A stretch of 61,071 nt of DNA, the filler included, from Sphacelaria rigidula (Eukaryota), in assembly GCA_964200075.2 (NCBI GenBank). It is 7 parts of 7 records of this genome, joined end to end, with 100 filler letters (N's around TTAATTAATTAA, not from the genome) between each part and the next. Parts side by side here need not be neighbours in the genome. Positions count along the whole stretch, not along the records: positions 17,481 to 26,119 come from CAXNAA020010513.1; positions 26,220 to 34,858 come from CAXNAA020010514.1; positions 34,959 to 43,597 come from CAXNAA020010515.1; 4 more parts are not named here. The stretch is one strand, 5' to 3'. Positions 23,179-35,745 of this stretch are shown here, one piece after another. The translations under genes and the position numbers were made by a program. Each line of letters opens with the position of its first letter. The first letter of the stretch is position 1. The notes beneath the pieces were generated by a model. It did not search any database, was not told the DNA's origin, and saw only the letters and a list, made by a program, of their open reading frames with translations.

Positions 23179-24601
23179 CTGTTGCCGTAAGAGAAAATAG
23201 TGGGTTCACTTGGATTCAGCGTGGTGCCATCGATTGCTTGAATGCTAGTGCGGTTCCAAATTATTCATCTGATCAGGTATGATGGCGTCACCGCCTGGAC
23301 TCAGTGTGCTTGCTGCTTAATAGGCGGTGTCGTATGGGGGGTAAGACGCATACTGACAAGCCGTGATGCAGTTGGCTCCACTGCGCACGCACAGCGTGCG
23401 CGTCGCTGAAGAAGTGCTGCTACCGTGCTTCGGTTGATCAAACCGCTTGCACGAGGATGGTTGGCCCTTCCAACGAGAAGACCCAATGGGGTTTGCAGTA
23501 GTGGGCGGTCTAAATATTTAGGGGTGCTTTGGGGTTTTCCTCGCGTACTACTCTTCGATAGAACTAGAAATTGCTGGCGTCGGTAGATTTTGGTACAACG
23601 AAGCAGATCATGCTCGAAACACAGTGCCCAAGTCAATTTTAGTTGGTGTTATCGGGCGAAACGATCAAAACCCCGTTCATCAGGAAGGTGTTATTGACCA
23701 TGAAACACAGTTTTTCGGCCCTAGTGCAATGAGTAGGCAGAATTTCAAAAAAATCAAACCGTAAATTTCTTTACAAATATGATCGGGCGCGGGCTCGGTC
23801 GACCGAAAATACAGAAGAGTAAGAATCTGGGCTGAAACGTGGCAGGACCCCCGGTGACCGGTCAGCCCGTAAGTCACTCAATAGTGAGTACAGAGGATTT
23901 TTTCTTTTTGGAACGTGGAGCGGATAAAAACATCTTAACAAGATCCCCGATGTCATAGGCGGTGGCAAGCGAAAAGAACCCAAGAAAATCGCCAATTACG
24001 AAAAATCGCAAAATGCCACAAAATGAATAGTTAGACCGCCCACTACTATAGCGAAACCGATTGTAGCGATCTTCCGAGGAGAGCACGACATTACATCGAC
24101 GGGAGATGAGCTCACCAAAACCCCGTTTGCACCTCGCACGCCAGGGAAGCAGTAAACACGTGAGCGCTGAGGAAAGCCACCATTGCAGTGAGTAAACATG
24201 CCGAAAGCGCACACCTTCAGACGGGCATGCCATTACTACGGCATTCTAGATGAAAAAAAAGGAGGAGTACAAGAATTTCCACACAACATCATTTTTCAAT
24301 GGGTACCACAGTTGGCGGGCAGCGCATACATACGTCCTCCGTGACCTCCGAACAGCGCTAGAAGGATATATCCACCTTGCGGGTTCACGGGTATCAACCG
24401 TTGACCTTGTGGCATTCGGGGATGTCTTCCTCAGAATCGAGGACATCTACCGCAGAGTCATCCGTGTACGAACATCAAGCTAGACTACAACAAGACGGAC
24501 TCGACAGCTTTGCTGTCCGGAGCTTGAAAACACCTGCCCCTCCATTTAATTTTCAAGTACAATCAGTTTCCACTGCTAACCCTCCCAATGATGCAGCCCA
24601 C

Positions 24602-24856
24602 CTGCCAATCGATGAATTTTACCATGCCTCGGCCTCCATCTTCCCCATATGTGCCACATACACCGTTGTTGGAGGCATTGTCTGCGAAAAACACGTTCCA
24701 TGTCTTGAGGTCGCCATGCACAAGGGTCCTACCCCTCGCACCCTGTCCGCTGCCCCCGAAACCCCGTCCCCTCGCGCCACCATCGCCAGTCAGATCACCG
24801 TGTGCCGCTGCGTCTAGATCTAGAGCTATCGCGGCCAGGCGACGTCCCAGTGCCAC
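24602..24856 (-). CDS. Kinase-like gene, catalytic exon; upstream exons not found in this contig
   Basis: 255-nt phase 0-0 exon containing RTLVHGDLKTWNVFF (Brenner HGDxxxxN) and KFIDWQ. Acceptor acgcAG and donor CAG|GTGGG. Confidence 0.9.
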
Positions 24857-25287
24857 CTGCGTTGGGATTTGTTTTTTCAAGCGTTTCGTGGACACATTGG
24901 TCCATTCAGAGATTTGTTCAGCACAAGAAACCCACACATTTCGTTTTTGATTCGAGAGTTGTTGCCGACAGAGACGTTATTGTGGACAACGACGTTACTA
25001 TGGACAAATACGTTATTGTAAACAAAGACGAAGCAAACGTCAACCAAACGCATGACAGAGAAAAACCACGGTCTGATCTCAAATTTGAAACGGGAGATGG
25101 ATGGGAACCCAGTGGATACCGAATAGTGTACGGGTCTACCTCGGAAAAAACAGATATGTAGCCCGTAAGGAGCTCAAGAAACTTAGCGAGAAATAATACA
25201 AGGGCGCAAAAAAATGCTTCTCAAGTACCCGTAACGAGATTAGGAAGTCAGCGCCAAGGATGACAACATCCTCCGGGATGACTTTAA

Positions 25288-25386
25288 CCCTTAGACGGCG
25301 AGATTAGTCTTTCTGGATCATGCACACTTTCTTCCTCCTTGGAATTGATGCCGATTCAACAGAAGACTCACCTCGCGGTCAAAGGG
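25288..25386. mobile_element. 99-bp piggyBac-like MITE
   Basis: TTAA|CCCTTAGACGGCGAGATTAGTC ... GACTCACCTCGCGGTCAAAGGG|TTAA. Confidence 0.8.
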
Positions 25387-27061
25387 TTAAGTTGTCCACG
25401 AATCGGCCGATGTCCGAACCCGTGATATCGCGATCGCCTCCTACTACAGACTTTGTTTCGAGAAGCAAAGGGCAACACCCCAATAATTAGACCACTTCAC
25501 TCGAAATTCTGGGAAATGCGTCACCTTCTACCGTTGGGGATCGCGGATGAAGCCAGGCCAAGCATTCCCCCCTTCCCACCCCTCTATCCCCGTCCTGTGA
25601 CACGGTGTTTCGTATTTTTCTCGTTGTGCTCTCCACAGAAAAGCGTACTGGTTCGATTGACGCGAGTCCCTCAATATCATCGTTCAAATCCGACTGGGGG
25701 AAAAAAATGATCCTTCAATAAATTCGTCAGAGCTGGCATCACTGTTTTACAAAGGTGGACACTTTTCTCCAAGCAGAAGCAGACGTTACTCTTGTGCACG
25801 AGCCATGCTCTCGGCTCTCGAACGGTCTTTTTTATTGTCTACGGAAATGTACCACACCTTCGAAAAACACTACAGTAGTTTTCAGCCGAAAAAGGGGATT
25901 TTCATGATTTTTCCGTAGTCCGGGATATTCAAAAGTGTTTTCGCGTGCCACCGCTCATCCCAGGGCACGTTTGATCCCAAAGTTTGGCGATCAGGAGATT
26001 CTAGGCATCCCTTTCACATTCCGAAACCAGATCATATCTGCACTCCTTACGAGCTGGGCCAGCCTAAAAACGGATTTAAGCTCTAAAAGCAATATCTCAT
26101 CGACACAGACGAGTTGGGCNNNNNNNNNNNNNNNNNNNNNNNNNNNNNNNNNNNNNNNNNNNNTTAATTAATTAANNNNNNNNNNNNNNNNNNNNNNNNN
26201 NNNNNNNNNNNNNNNNNNNGTGATCTGCATCCTGCTAAGATTGTTCGGCCCGAAACCTACTGATTATCTTGGATTTGGATGACAGCCTACAGTGAGTTGC
26301 TTTATTTCGTGGCATCGCCACTTCCAGAGACAGCCACGTCTTATACACTGCCTCATAAATGTCCAGCTATGAGGTAGTGTAAAAGCCATGGCTGTCTCTG
26401 GAAGTGGCGGTACCACCGGGAGGGGGGGGGAGGGGGGGGTTGTGTCCTCTTCATTCTACGTACCAAATTTGAAAGTCCATCTTTCTCAAAATTGAGGTGA
26501 GGCAGGGCGATTTATAGACCGGACCGGTCGAAAATCGGAACAGTATTTTGCAGGCCACTCGCCGCCCCAGGTTTGGTACTTGTGCGTTGAAATTTTGTGT
26601 GTGGGAACTCGCTCGGGCATCGAAAAAATGGGACAGGGTGCTTCTTCCTTTTTTCATGAGATCTACGATGTTTTAGTATTATAGTAAAATACATATTTTT
26701 GTCGCGAGGATTCCCTTAGCTCTCGAATAAAAACAAAAAAGACAGGTTTACTTTATATCAATTCCAACTTGCCCTCGCGATTTTCCATGCTAACTTTCAA
26801 ATCACAAGGCTAAAATTTGAGCCGAAGAACTGAGATGTGGGCCAAGAACCATGTCCTTTTCCCCTCAAAACGCCCCTAAGAAACGAAGAATACATTTGAA
26901 AGAGATGAAAAAAAACGCAAGAAGACGAAGTTTTTTCTATCACGCACTAGCGATTCTCCATACGAAATTTCAAAGCACATCTCCCAAAAACTGAGACTTC
27001 AAATCCACATTCAATGCATTTTGTGCCTTTGCTTGTGATACATTGATTTCAGTATATGAAA

Positions 27062-27306
27062 CCGGTCGACCTGGTGGCTCAGTCTGTACCCTCGAAATCC
27101 TCTGCCGGTTGGGTCGTGGGTTCGAATCTCGGAGCGATCTGGCATTTTTCCTCACACAATGCCCAACAGTGGAAGGCGACCATGTCGTGGGTACACGAAA
27201 TTCAACATAATATTCAACGATAAAACGGGATTGCTAAACCCCTCTTGCGATGAAAAACAAAGGCAAGCGCCGCAGAAGGAAGGTGGAGAACTAAAAAAAA
27301 AAAAAC
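27062..27306 (+). mobile_element. tRNA-derived SINE (may extend to ~27685 across the MITE)
   Basis: A-box-like TGGCTCAGTCTG, B box GGTTCGAATCT, non-tRNA body, and an A-run at ~27293-27305. No complete cloverleaf. Confidence 0.7.
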
Positions 27307-27344
27307 TCCTGTGTTGGCCGTCCTCCTGTTCGACCCCGGCTGGT

Positions 27345-27604
27345 GAGTGATGCTACGGTAGGGGTTCACAAATACTTTCTGAGCTTAGAATTGTTAGGAG
27401 CCCTTGATCTCATGCAAAACACCACTTATGAAAATATGTCAAAGTACGCCAGGATTACTACTACTCCAATGTGCTGGGGATATCCCGAATGAATTTGCAA
27501 ACGAGGATGTCCTGACCCACATGCTGGTGCATATAGAATCTTTAGGAGCCCCTGAACTAGACAATATCTCGCGAAAAAAGTGTACCCCTACCGTAGCATT
27601 GCTC
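27345..27604. mobile_element. GAG-ended MITE, second copy (Sola2-like)
   Basis: GAGTGATGCTACGGTAGGGG ... CCCCTACCGTAGCATTGCTC. TSD TGGT on both sides. Confidence 0.85.
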
Positions 27605-29503
27605 TGGTGCGCCCACATACACCGAAAAGTGTAGACTGCCGTTCAGAATAGATATTGTAGGACGACGACACAACACACTCAGTATTTGATTTCATGTGCA
27701 CCATATCTCGAGATAGATAACGAATTAGGTGAAGGTAAGGGGATCGATCATTTTTGCGGGCTCCAGAGAATGCCCACTCCAAAAATAGTCATCATCCGCT
27801 GTGTATACCACCCGGGGTTCATGAAGACTCTAGTACGGACCCTATCTCCGTACGGCATAGGCATCACTGGACATTGCGTCTAAACATTGAGAAAAAATTG
27901 GCCCACGCTTAGTGAAAAGATGGGCATTATCCCCTTTATCGGACGACTAAAACGAGGTGCGTATCACGACCCAACTCGTCTTTGTCGATGAGATATTCCC
28001 TTGAGAGCCGTGACTAAACTGGACCAGCTCGCTCTCACACGGCTGATTTTCGGTTGAAGTGATTATTTCAGGTTTCCCGGTTACTATATCCCACTGTACT
28101 GTGGTGAACATCCACTGCTCAACTATGGGATGGAGTACCCTAATCCAGTTCCGGGAGGACAGGCATTTCTGCGATAATTTGGAACGGTCGACGTGCAAAA
28201 CGGTCGTGCGGGATCCTACGAGTATAGATGGAGCCCCGGGTTTTGTTTCATCAATGTCTTCGCTAATTAGAACCAATCCGAGCACTTCGAGTATAGACTG
28301 GCATGACTCCGGCAATTTTGCACGCTAAACTCACGTCGACGTGAAATGCAGAGTTTATTGGTGCGATAATTCGGCAAACAAACGGTATGTGCACAAGAAA
28401 ATACTGTACAACAGGGGATTCTGTGACTCTGCATTCATCGCAGTGGTGGTGCGGGGATGGTTTAGTGGAACGTTCTCCGTGTCACACACGATTCACCGCA
28501 CTGTTCAAGCCTGTGAGGTTTTGAGCCAAGGACCGCCCTGAAACGAATACCCGCGCTGCCACGCTTCACTGGAGTCGAAAGGTTACCACTCGATCCAGAT
28601 GAGCTTGTACGCGCCACCATCTTGCTCACCATTTTTTTTGTTTTTTTCAGTTTCCCTCTCCAGAAAAACTAGGACAAAAAACCCCTCACCGATACTTATA
28701 CGAACGAACAGTACAATCGCTCGCTTTCGTATGATGGTTACCATGATGGGAAGCATGCACGCTCTCATCACGGACCCATCCAGCGACAGACAAGACAGTC
28801 AGACGGACTCCGATCTCTCGCTCCGGCTTAGGCGCCAACGTCGGGAAACATCACCAGTACTATACATATATCTTGTACTGTGGTAGTCCCTATCGCAGGC
28901 AGTGTGAGACTCCAACTAACTAAAACACCTTCACAACCCACACACAGTCCCCCTCGGCCCCCTTCAGCGCTCCACCTGACACCTTGGTCAGCTGGAACGG
29001 AATACATCAAATACATCCTTTTCTTTTTTTCAGTTTTTTCTTCTTGTGTGCCATGCGCCTTGAAACCACACAACACCGCACCTCTTCGCCGTCGTCCACC
29101 CCACCACGATCACCTCAGACCCCACCCGCCGAAGCCCGTGCTTCCCAGTCCCGGAGTCGGCTCATCCCCGTCGACCAGACACCCCGCACCCATGTCCCGC
29201 CCACACGCTGTAGCTGCGGTCACCCTCTGCTCGCATTCCGTGACGGCCACGAACGCCGCCCGAAACCCCATACGGCCGACGTAGTGTGTGTGTAGACAAA
29301 GACTCAACGAATATTGCACAAGGACAGAGGTTCTCCATCCCTCGTATCGGTTTTCCCGAGGGACGCCTCTGCCACATTTGCAAGTCATACAAAAAGAAGA
29401 CAACAAAGAACACTTCTCTGCAGTATACACGGCATACTCCACTAAGCTCCTCCTCACCGAGTGTCAAGCCCCGCGACAACACGTATTCTTCGACGACTCT
29501 TCT

Positions 29504-30964
29504 TCAGTAGCACATCACGTATCCACGCATCTTCCCTGCCCCCATACCTTCACAGCCACCGACGGCGCGATGGTTGTGGAAATACCCGCAGTCCGGCGGT
29601 CCATGACGCCCACGGGGCCCACAGTGGACATACTCGTGCTCACCATCCCCGTTCTCCATGGGATGGCCGTGACCTCCGCGGCGACGGCCATGATGAGCAA
29701 GTCTGTGCGAATCCTCATCTCTCAGCGCCATGAGCATCACCCCGACGCGTCCGGGCCCGCCTTTATGTCCACCTAAGCGCCCGCCGTGACAGGGAGGCCC
29801 GTGCATGTGGCCATCATCGCTGGGACCGCGCATCGGTCCACCGCGGTGACCCGACCCGTGACGTGGTGCCGATGACGGACCATCGTCTCCCCGCCATGAT
29901 GTGCAAGGATGACCGCAAAACCGTCCACCGTGCTCGAACCCGCCGCGGCATTGAACGCCGCCGTGCATGTTGCGCTCGTCGTGCTCGTGCTTGCCGTGGG
30001 GCCGTTCTTGCGTCACGCTATGCGCCTTGCCGTAGCGACCAGAACCACGAGGGCCAGGAGGATCCCAGGAGGGACAGCACGCGACGCTCTGCCACAGCCC
30101 GCCGCGGCCTGCACGGGAAGGGTGGCCGTGTTCAAGCCTGCGGTGGCACGGGCCGTGACGCACATGACCGCCCTCGTCTCCGCTCACGTCGCGCTCGTGA
30201 CCACCACCGTGACCATATCCATGAGGACACGCAGGGGGGGGAGGGAAGGCGAGGTAGCCGAGCGAGTGACCGCCTCGGCGGTGCCCTCCTCGGACACCGT
30301 GACCGCGACGCCGCCCCCCGTTTCCGTGCATGACACCCAGGGCCTCGCGATCTACCAGTCTAAGTCGCACCAGACGACCAGGTCCCACGCCGAGGGCGTG
30401 AAGCAGGTGCTTGGTCTCGAAAGGGCGTATGTTGATGCCGCCCGCGATCAGGGCCGTGTAGATAGGGTGCTTCGCCTTCCTGTCTCCAAGGTGGTGTTGA
30501 GCTTGAGTGTCGTGCGCATCCGAGTCGGAGTGGCTGTCTCTTCCGGAAGGCTGTTGCCCACCATTTGAGCCGCTCTCTGACATGTCCTCTTGTAACTCTT
30601 TCTCATTGTGGTTGCCGCTATCGCTGCTGTCGCTGCTGTTGATATCCCTGCACTCCCACGTCGCGGCCGTGACATTGGTATCGTCGCCATCAGGCTCGGG
30701 CGTATCCTGTGGGCTCATTCCTCTCAGTAGCCGCCGAGGAGCCAAACCGTGCACCACGAGACGGCGAGGGCGAAGATCAAGCAGAGCAATGGTCTTCCTG
30801 GCGGGAGTCATGGACTGCACTTCGTAGTCGTGACGGAGGTTGCGAGCTGCCACCTTGTACAGTTTGTTGGTACCCTTGGCGGCACGCGCATATTCGTCTT
30901 GAGCCGAGGCAGACAGGTTGATGATGTCGTCACAGTGTTTGTCTTTGAGGCTACTCTGCACCAT
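29504..30964 (-). CDS. Intronless His/Gly/Arg-rich protein of unknown function (~486 aa from first ATG)
   Basis: Uninterrupted GC-rich ORF in unique sequence. Two ordered blocks are separated by an acidic Ser/Asp linker and followed by a long Gly/His-rich low-complexity tail. The start codon is uncertain (the frame opens at GTG 30991). Confidence 0.75.
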   Translation of the reverse strand: MVQSSLKDKHCDDIINLSASAQDEYARAAKGTNKLYKVAARNLRHDYEVQSMTPARKTIALLDLRPRRLVVHGLAPRRLLRGMSPQDTPEPDGDDTNVTAATWECRDINSSDSSDSGNHNEKELQEDMSESGSNGGQQPSGRDSHSDSDAHDTQAQHHLGDRKAKHPIYTALIAGGINIRPFETKHLLHALGVGPGRLVRLRLVDREALGVMHGNGGRRRGHGVRGGHRRGGHSLGYLAFPPPPACPHGYGHGGGHERDVSGDEGGHVRHGPCHRRLEHGHPSRAGRGGLWQSVACCPSWDPPGPRGSGRYGKAHSVTQERPHGKHEHDERNMHGGVQCRGGFEHGGRFCGHPCTSWRGDDGPSSAPRHGSGHRGGPMRGPSDDGHMHGPPCHGGRLGGHKGGPGRVGVMLMALRDEDSHRLAHHGRRRGGHGHPMENGDGEHEYVHCGPRGRHGPPDCGYFHNHRAVGGCEGMGAGKMRGYVMCY

Positions 30965-32940
30965 TGCCTTGTTGTCCGTGGCAGTGACCACTCCGGTGCT
31001 GCTACTGCTGCTGCTGCTGCTCTACTACTGTCACGATCGTTTTCGTTCCGAAATAGGTGTTGTTAATCGTTACTGCCAAAAATCAGCGCTGCTATGGTTT
31101 CATCCATTTGGGGGCACGCATACCACCGATACTGCACGCAGCCACGACTGGTCTGCATGTCGACACGTTTTTTAAGGCCCTTCACTTGACCGGTGCTATA
31201 CGCGTTGTTTGGACGCCTCCACGTCCCTAAGCTGTTCCAAAGACCACCGTCATGCGAGACTTTTGCGCGGCGGTTCGAATATGAGCACGTGATAATTTGT
31301 TGTCGACGCAGCCGATCATGTGTGTACTTCGTGTGATCACGCCCTTTTCCGTATCGAATGGGTTGGTCATTCCCAATTTTTACAATGTTTTGATACGTAC
31401 AGGCCGGGGTGACATTCGCTGTCGAGATACTTGCTCTCCTGCGACGGTGACAATCCTTGAGTTCGATCAATATTCTCGAGCCACAATGTGTGCTAAGCGT
31501 GCTGTTTGTGCCATGAGTAAAAACTACCCTAGAGAAACACTGCTATCCGCAGAGCCTTGGATTCTTACGAAAATGTACTAGTATTGGATTACAATTTTCA
31601 ATTTTCAGGCCACACGGGTTCACGCGCTCTGGCCAGTCCCTAAATTCGTTGGTTTCCCGTGCCGGGTCTTGTGAAACAACCCCGTTCAAACTGAGTGAGC
31701 GCACCGCAAACCACACGTGGCGAAAGGAGGTGGTTCTCGGAATGACAAGTGTGCAAGTCGCACGGTGCATTTTAGGGTGATTGAGCAGTATGACTTCTTG
31801 TCCGCTGCGTTACTCCTTCACTCCACATACAACATCATCGTCTCAACAATAATAGCTGAATCGTGTCAGACAAATGGACCACCTGGGAAGAGCATCCACC
31901 TGGACAAGGCCTACTATGTGGAGTAATAGTGTGTTCGGCGAGTCGAATGAAGGGTGAGCTGCATCCTGCTAAGAATCTCGCATTTGGATGACAGCCTACA
32001 GTGAGTTGCTTTATTTTGCGGTACCGCCACTTCCAGAGACAGCCACGTTTACACTGCCTCACGGGTGTCTAACCAAAGGGGGTGGGGGCGGGGGGGTGGG
32101 GTCTGAATCCCAATGGGTTCAAAAGCGAGAATGGTTGTCGATTCAACACGTGACCCACCCTGGTCGTGAAGGGGTTCACTCGTGGATTGATCGGTTGATC
32201 GTCGTACATTAATCGATCCCGCAGGGTCATTATCCATCCGGTCGTGTGGTCATTATCCACGTCATAAGGCGTACCCGATAAATAAAAAAACGGATTCGGG
32301 AACACTCGCAGCAAGTAAAGTAAAGAAAACAGAACAAAAAAGTAGAGCAGACACGAACAGAGTAGACTCAAACACGCACGCACACACACACGTACTCGAC
32401 ACGAAAGATAGCCAGCTACAGCGCGGCAAGGTTATCGAGCAAGGTTCTTCATTCATTTATGTCTTACCCGATAATAATCTAAAACCATAGTTTTCGTCGC
32501 TATTGAAAAGCAACACACTTCAGGGCGCGGGTACAGAGTATGACGAACAAAAGAAAAGGATAGTCGGCGACGAAATGAGTTGGCGGCAGTGGGTCGAGAG
32601 AAATTGTCTGGGTTCGAGGCCATTCTATCCTGGTTGTTGGTGTTATCACTTGGCTTGTTGGGTGTGAGCGTCAATATTCGACATTTTAGTGGGAATGACA
32701 GTCTCATCGGGCAATGCCTCCTTCTTACTGTACAGACAGCGTGCACACAACGCTTGTTTCGTCCAAATCGTCACGGCAGGCACGCCGATTAGAGGTCTTT
32801 GCCGACACACACTGCGCCCAGGACACTCTTCGCAGCCCACCCGTTCCCCTCCTTGCCCCAGGGTTGTCGGTATGCCTTGGGTTGAGATCAGGGGTTATAG
32901 GGTTAGGGCGAGGGCTAGCCCGACGGCGTGTCTTCGCAAA

Positions 32941-33197
32941 GAGCAATGCTACGGTAGGGGGGCACTTTTTGCGCGAAATCTTGTCTGGTTCAGGGACTCT
33001 CAAGGGTTCTAGACGCACAAGAATACGGGTCAGGACATCTCCGTTTGCAAATCCAGTCTGAATATCCTCAGCACATTGGAATCCTAATCGTGGCGTTTTC
33101 TGGCATATCTTCAGAAGTCGTGTTTAGGATAAGATCAAGGGCTTGTAACATCTCCGAACTCAGAGAATATTTGTGCATCCCTTCCGTAGCATCACTT
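32941..33197. mobile_element. GAG-ended MITE, third copy (inverted relative to 27345)
   Basis: The left end is the reverse complement of the right end of 27345-27604. The right end is CCGTAGCATCACTT. Degenerate TSD CAAA/CAGA. Confidence 0.7.
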
Positions 33198-33419
33198 CAG
33201 AGTATTATTTTTTTCGAAAATGTGCGGTGAAAAAAAAGAAGATGAGATCTGATATAGGTCGCCATGCAGTTCCAGCATGAATGACGGGGAGATGTGGACA
33301 TGAATAGTACCAACCCCGTCGTCAGTTAAGAATGTTTTTCTTCTGCCGCACTTTTTTCGATCGAAAGATAATTTGCCGTGACACGGTCTTATTGTGCTAC
33401 GTATCATGTGTTGAAAAAA

Positions 33420-34370
33420 TAAATGTTGTGACAAGTGCATTTTTGGCCCTCCTCCCCTGTTTCTCCCCCGAAACGAGAGCTAGGCGGATGTTGACACCTT
33501 GGAATGACCCGGTCTACTCGCTGAGACCATTCCGGAGAACCTTTGCGTTTTCCGTAGGTCACGGTTCCATTTTTGGCCAAATTTGCATTTTCAACAACAA
33601 ACGGTCAAGATATCAAAAAAAGAGGGAACTGCCATAATTTTGATAATATGACCATTTGTCACTGAGAAAGCAACAAGTTTGGCCAAAAACGAAGCTGTGA
33701 CGTACGAAGACCGCAAAGGTGCTCTGGAGCGGTCTCAGCGAGTAGACCAAGTCGTTCAAAGGTGTCGACAACCGCCCAGAGCCCTCTATTCGGGTGAAAA
33801 ATGATGGAGGAGAAGGATCAAAACTGCACTTTCAACGAGGTTTATTTTGTCATACATGATAAGTAGCTCATTCCAAGGTGTCAACATCTGCCTAGCCCTC
33901 TTTTCGGGTGAATAAAGATGGAGAAGGGTCAACTGTGCACGTTTCAGCATATTTTTATATGTACGAGAAGTAGCACTGCATGCAATTCAATAATAGAGGT
34001 ATCTCAACCTCGGCTTCCGGTGTCCTGGTTTGTTTTGTCCTACTTTTTCAAGTTAGAGTGATGGCGATTCATGGGATGATGAGGCCCTTTCACCGCCAGG
34101 TCACGTCCTCCGATGAATTGCGATCACTTTCACTGCTTGAAAAAAAAGCACACAACGCAGAGCCAGCGAATAAACCAGGATACCGGGAGCCGAGTTTGAG
34201 ATGCCTCTAATGAAAACATATATATTGTTGAAAAAAGGTACATTTTTGACCCTTCTCCATCATTTTTGCCCGACAGGAGGGCTAGGCGGATGTCGACACC
34301 TTGAAATGACTTTTTTTACTCACTGAGACCGTTCCAGAGCACGTTTGCGTTTTCCGTAGGTCACAACTTC
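33420..34370. repeat. Cluster of foldback/TIR repeat copies
   Basis: The module GGCTAGGCGGATGTTGACACCTTGGAATGA occurs in alternating orientations at ~33480, 33760, 33870 and 34285. It also occurs at 45890 and 46165. Confidence 0.7.
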
Positions 34371-35459
34371 ATTTGTTCATGAAACTCCGCACTTCGGGAG
34401 CCTCTCGATGGCAAACATGAACTTGTGGGCTGCTTTCCGTAGGCAAGCTTGGCTGTTGGGGCATGGCCGAAGGTATGTTGGGGCGATTGTTAGTAAAACC
34501 GGCCGAAGGTAGGTCCGTGCGTTTGGAAAATCGCAGGGAGGGAGCCCGATCAAACTGATTGGGAATTACATGATCCGATGTGGTCAGATTCAAATCAGCA
34601 ACACTTATGTCAGCTGAAGAAGGCTTACTGCTACCTGTGCGTGCGGTCGCTGAGGGAAGCCTGTGCCTCAGGGACTGGCGGTTGGTCTTCCCACACCTCA
34701 GACTTATACTCGGTACTGAAGGACCAAGTTCAGTGCCGGGTGTAGATCTGAGTCGCGGGGTGACACAACTGTTACGCGGTGTGTGGAGGGGTGGAGACGG
34801 GGGTCGATATGAACGGCCGTCAGTTGCACTCCTGCATAGTGCCGGGAGAGCCGGGCGGNNNNNNNNNNNNNNNNNNNNNNNNNNNNNNNNNNNNNNNNNN
34901 NNTTAATTAATTAANNNNNNNNNNNNNNNNNNNNNNNNNNNNNNNNNNNNNNNNNNNNCGCCTTTCTAGCCATTTTTCGTACCTTTCTTGGGCAAAAAAC
35001 GAGAAGGTATACCTTTTCTAGGCCATTGCCCAATAATTTAACTCATTTTCCGCACAGAGGTTGCAGTCATCGCACAGGGGTGCGATGACTCCGACATTGG
35101 TGCCACCTTCGAGCGTGAGGTTGCATGCTGCGGCGTGTGGCCCCAGGATTGAAAATCTGCCACAATCCCGGGCTCACCGCTGTTTGTAGCAGGTGTGCAA
35201 ACACATAAAACCTCTTTTTACTCTTGAGAGTTTAATTTTAAACGGCGACCGCACTAAAAAAAAAGGATCACACTACCGGACATTCACGATGCGATGCTAA
35301 CCTGCCGTACCTCTCCCTACAGGGCGACAGCCTACAACTCAATACCTACCTACACCAACCGCAGTTTTCTCCTCTCTTCGCACACAACACCACAAACAGG
35401 TTTCTCGTAGACTTACACACAGGTAGTGCAGTGCCTATCAGTGTCTCCGCTAGGGGTTT

Positions 35460-35745
35460 GTTCTGTATCGCACATGGTGGAGTTATCGCACAAGGATGAG
35501 GTTCAAAAGGTGCGCCACCAGTACAGCAGTGAGGGGTGTGGTTTGCTCCGTATCGCACATGTCGGAGTTACCGCACAGGGGGTGTGCGTTCACACCACAG
35601 CATGGCAGGGTGTTTGATTTTGTTAGAATCGCACATGTCGGAGTCACCGCACAGGGTTGTGCATTCACAACACAACATGGTAGGGTGTTTGATTTGTTCA
35701 GAATCGCACATGTCGGAATTATCATACAGGGGTGCGATGACTCGC
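35460..35745. repeat. Tandem repeat, ~75-bp unit, 4 copies
   Basis: ATCGCACATG at 35467, 35552, 35628 and 35703. Confidence 0.85.

Noticed and set aside
29288-30827. Long plus-strand ORFs (29288-29776, 29909-30568 and others)
   Set aside because: Most simply explained as antisense shadows of the GC-rich minus-strand ORF. They are broken by stops and show no recognisable domain.
34369-34858. Pro/Ser-rich minus-strand frame at contig end
   Set aside because: It may be a retroelement linker or exon fragment, but it has no motif or splice evidence to support a call.
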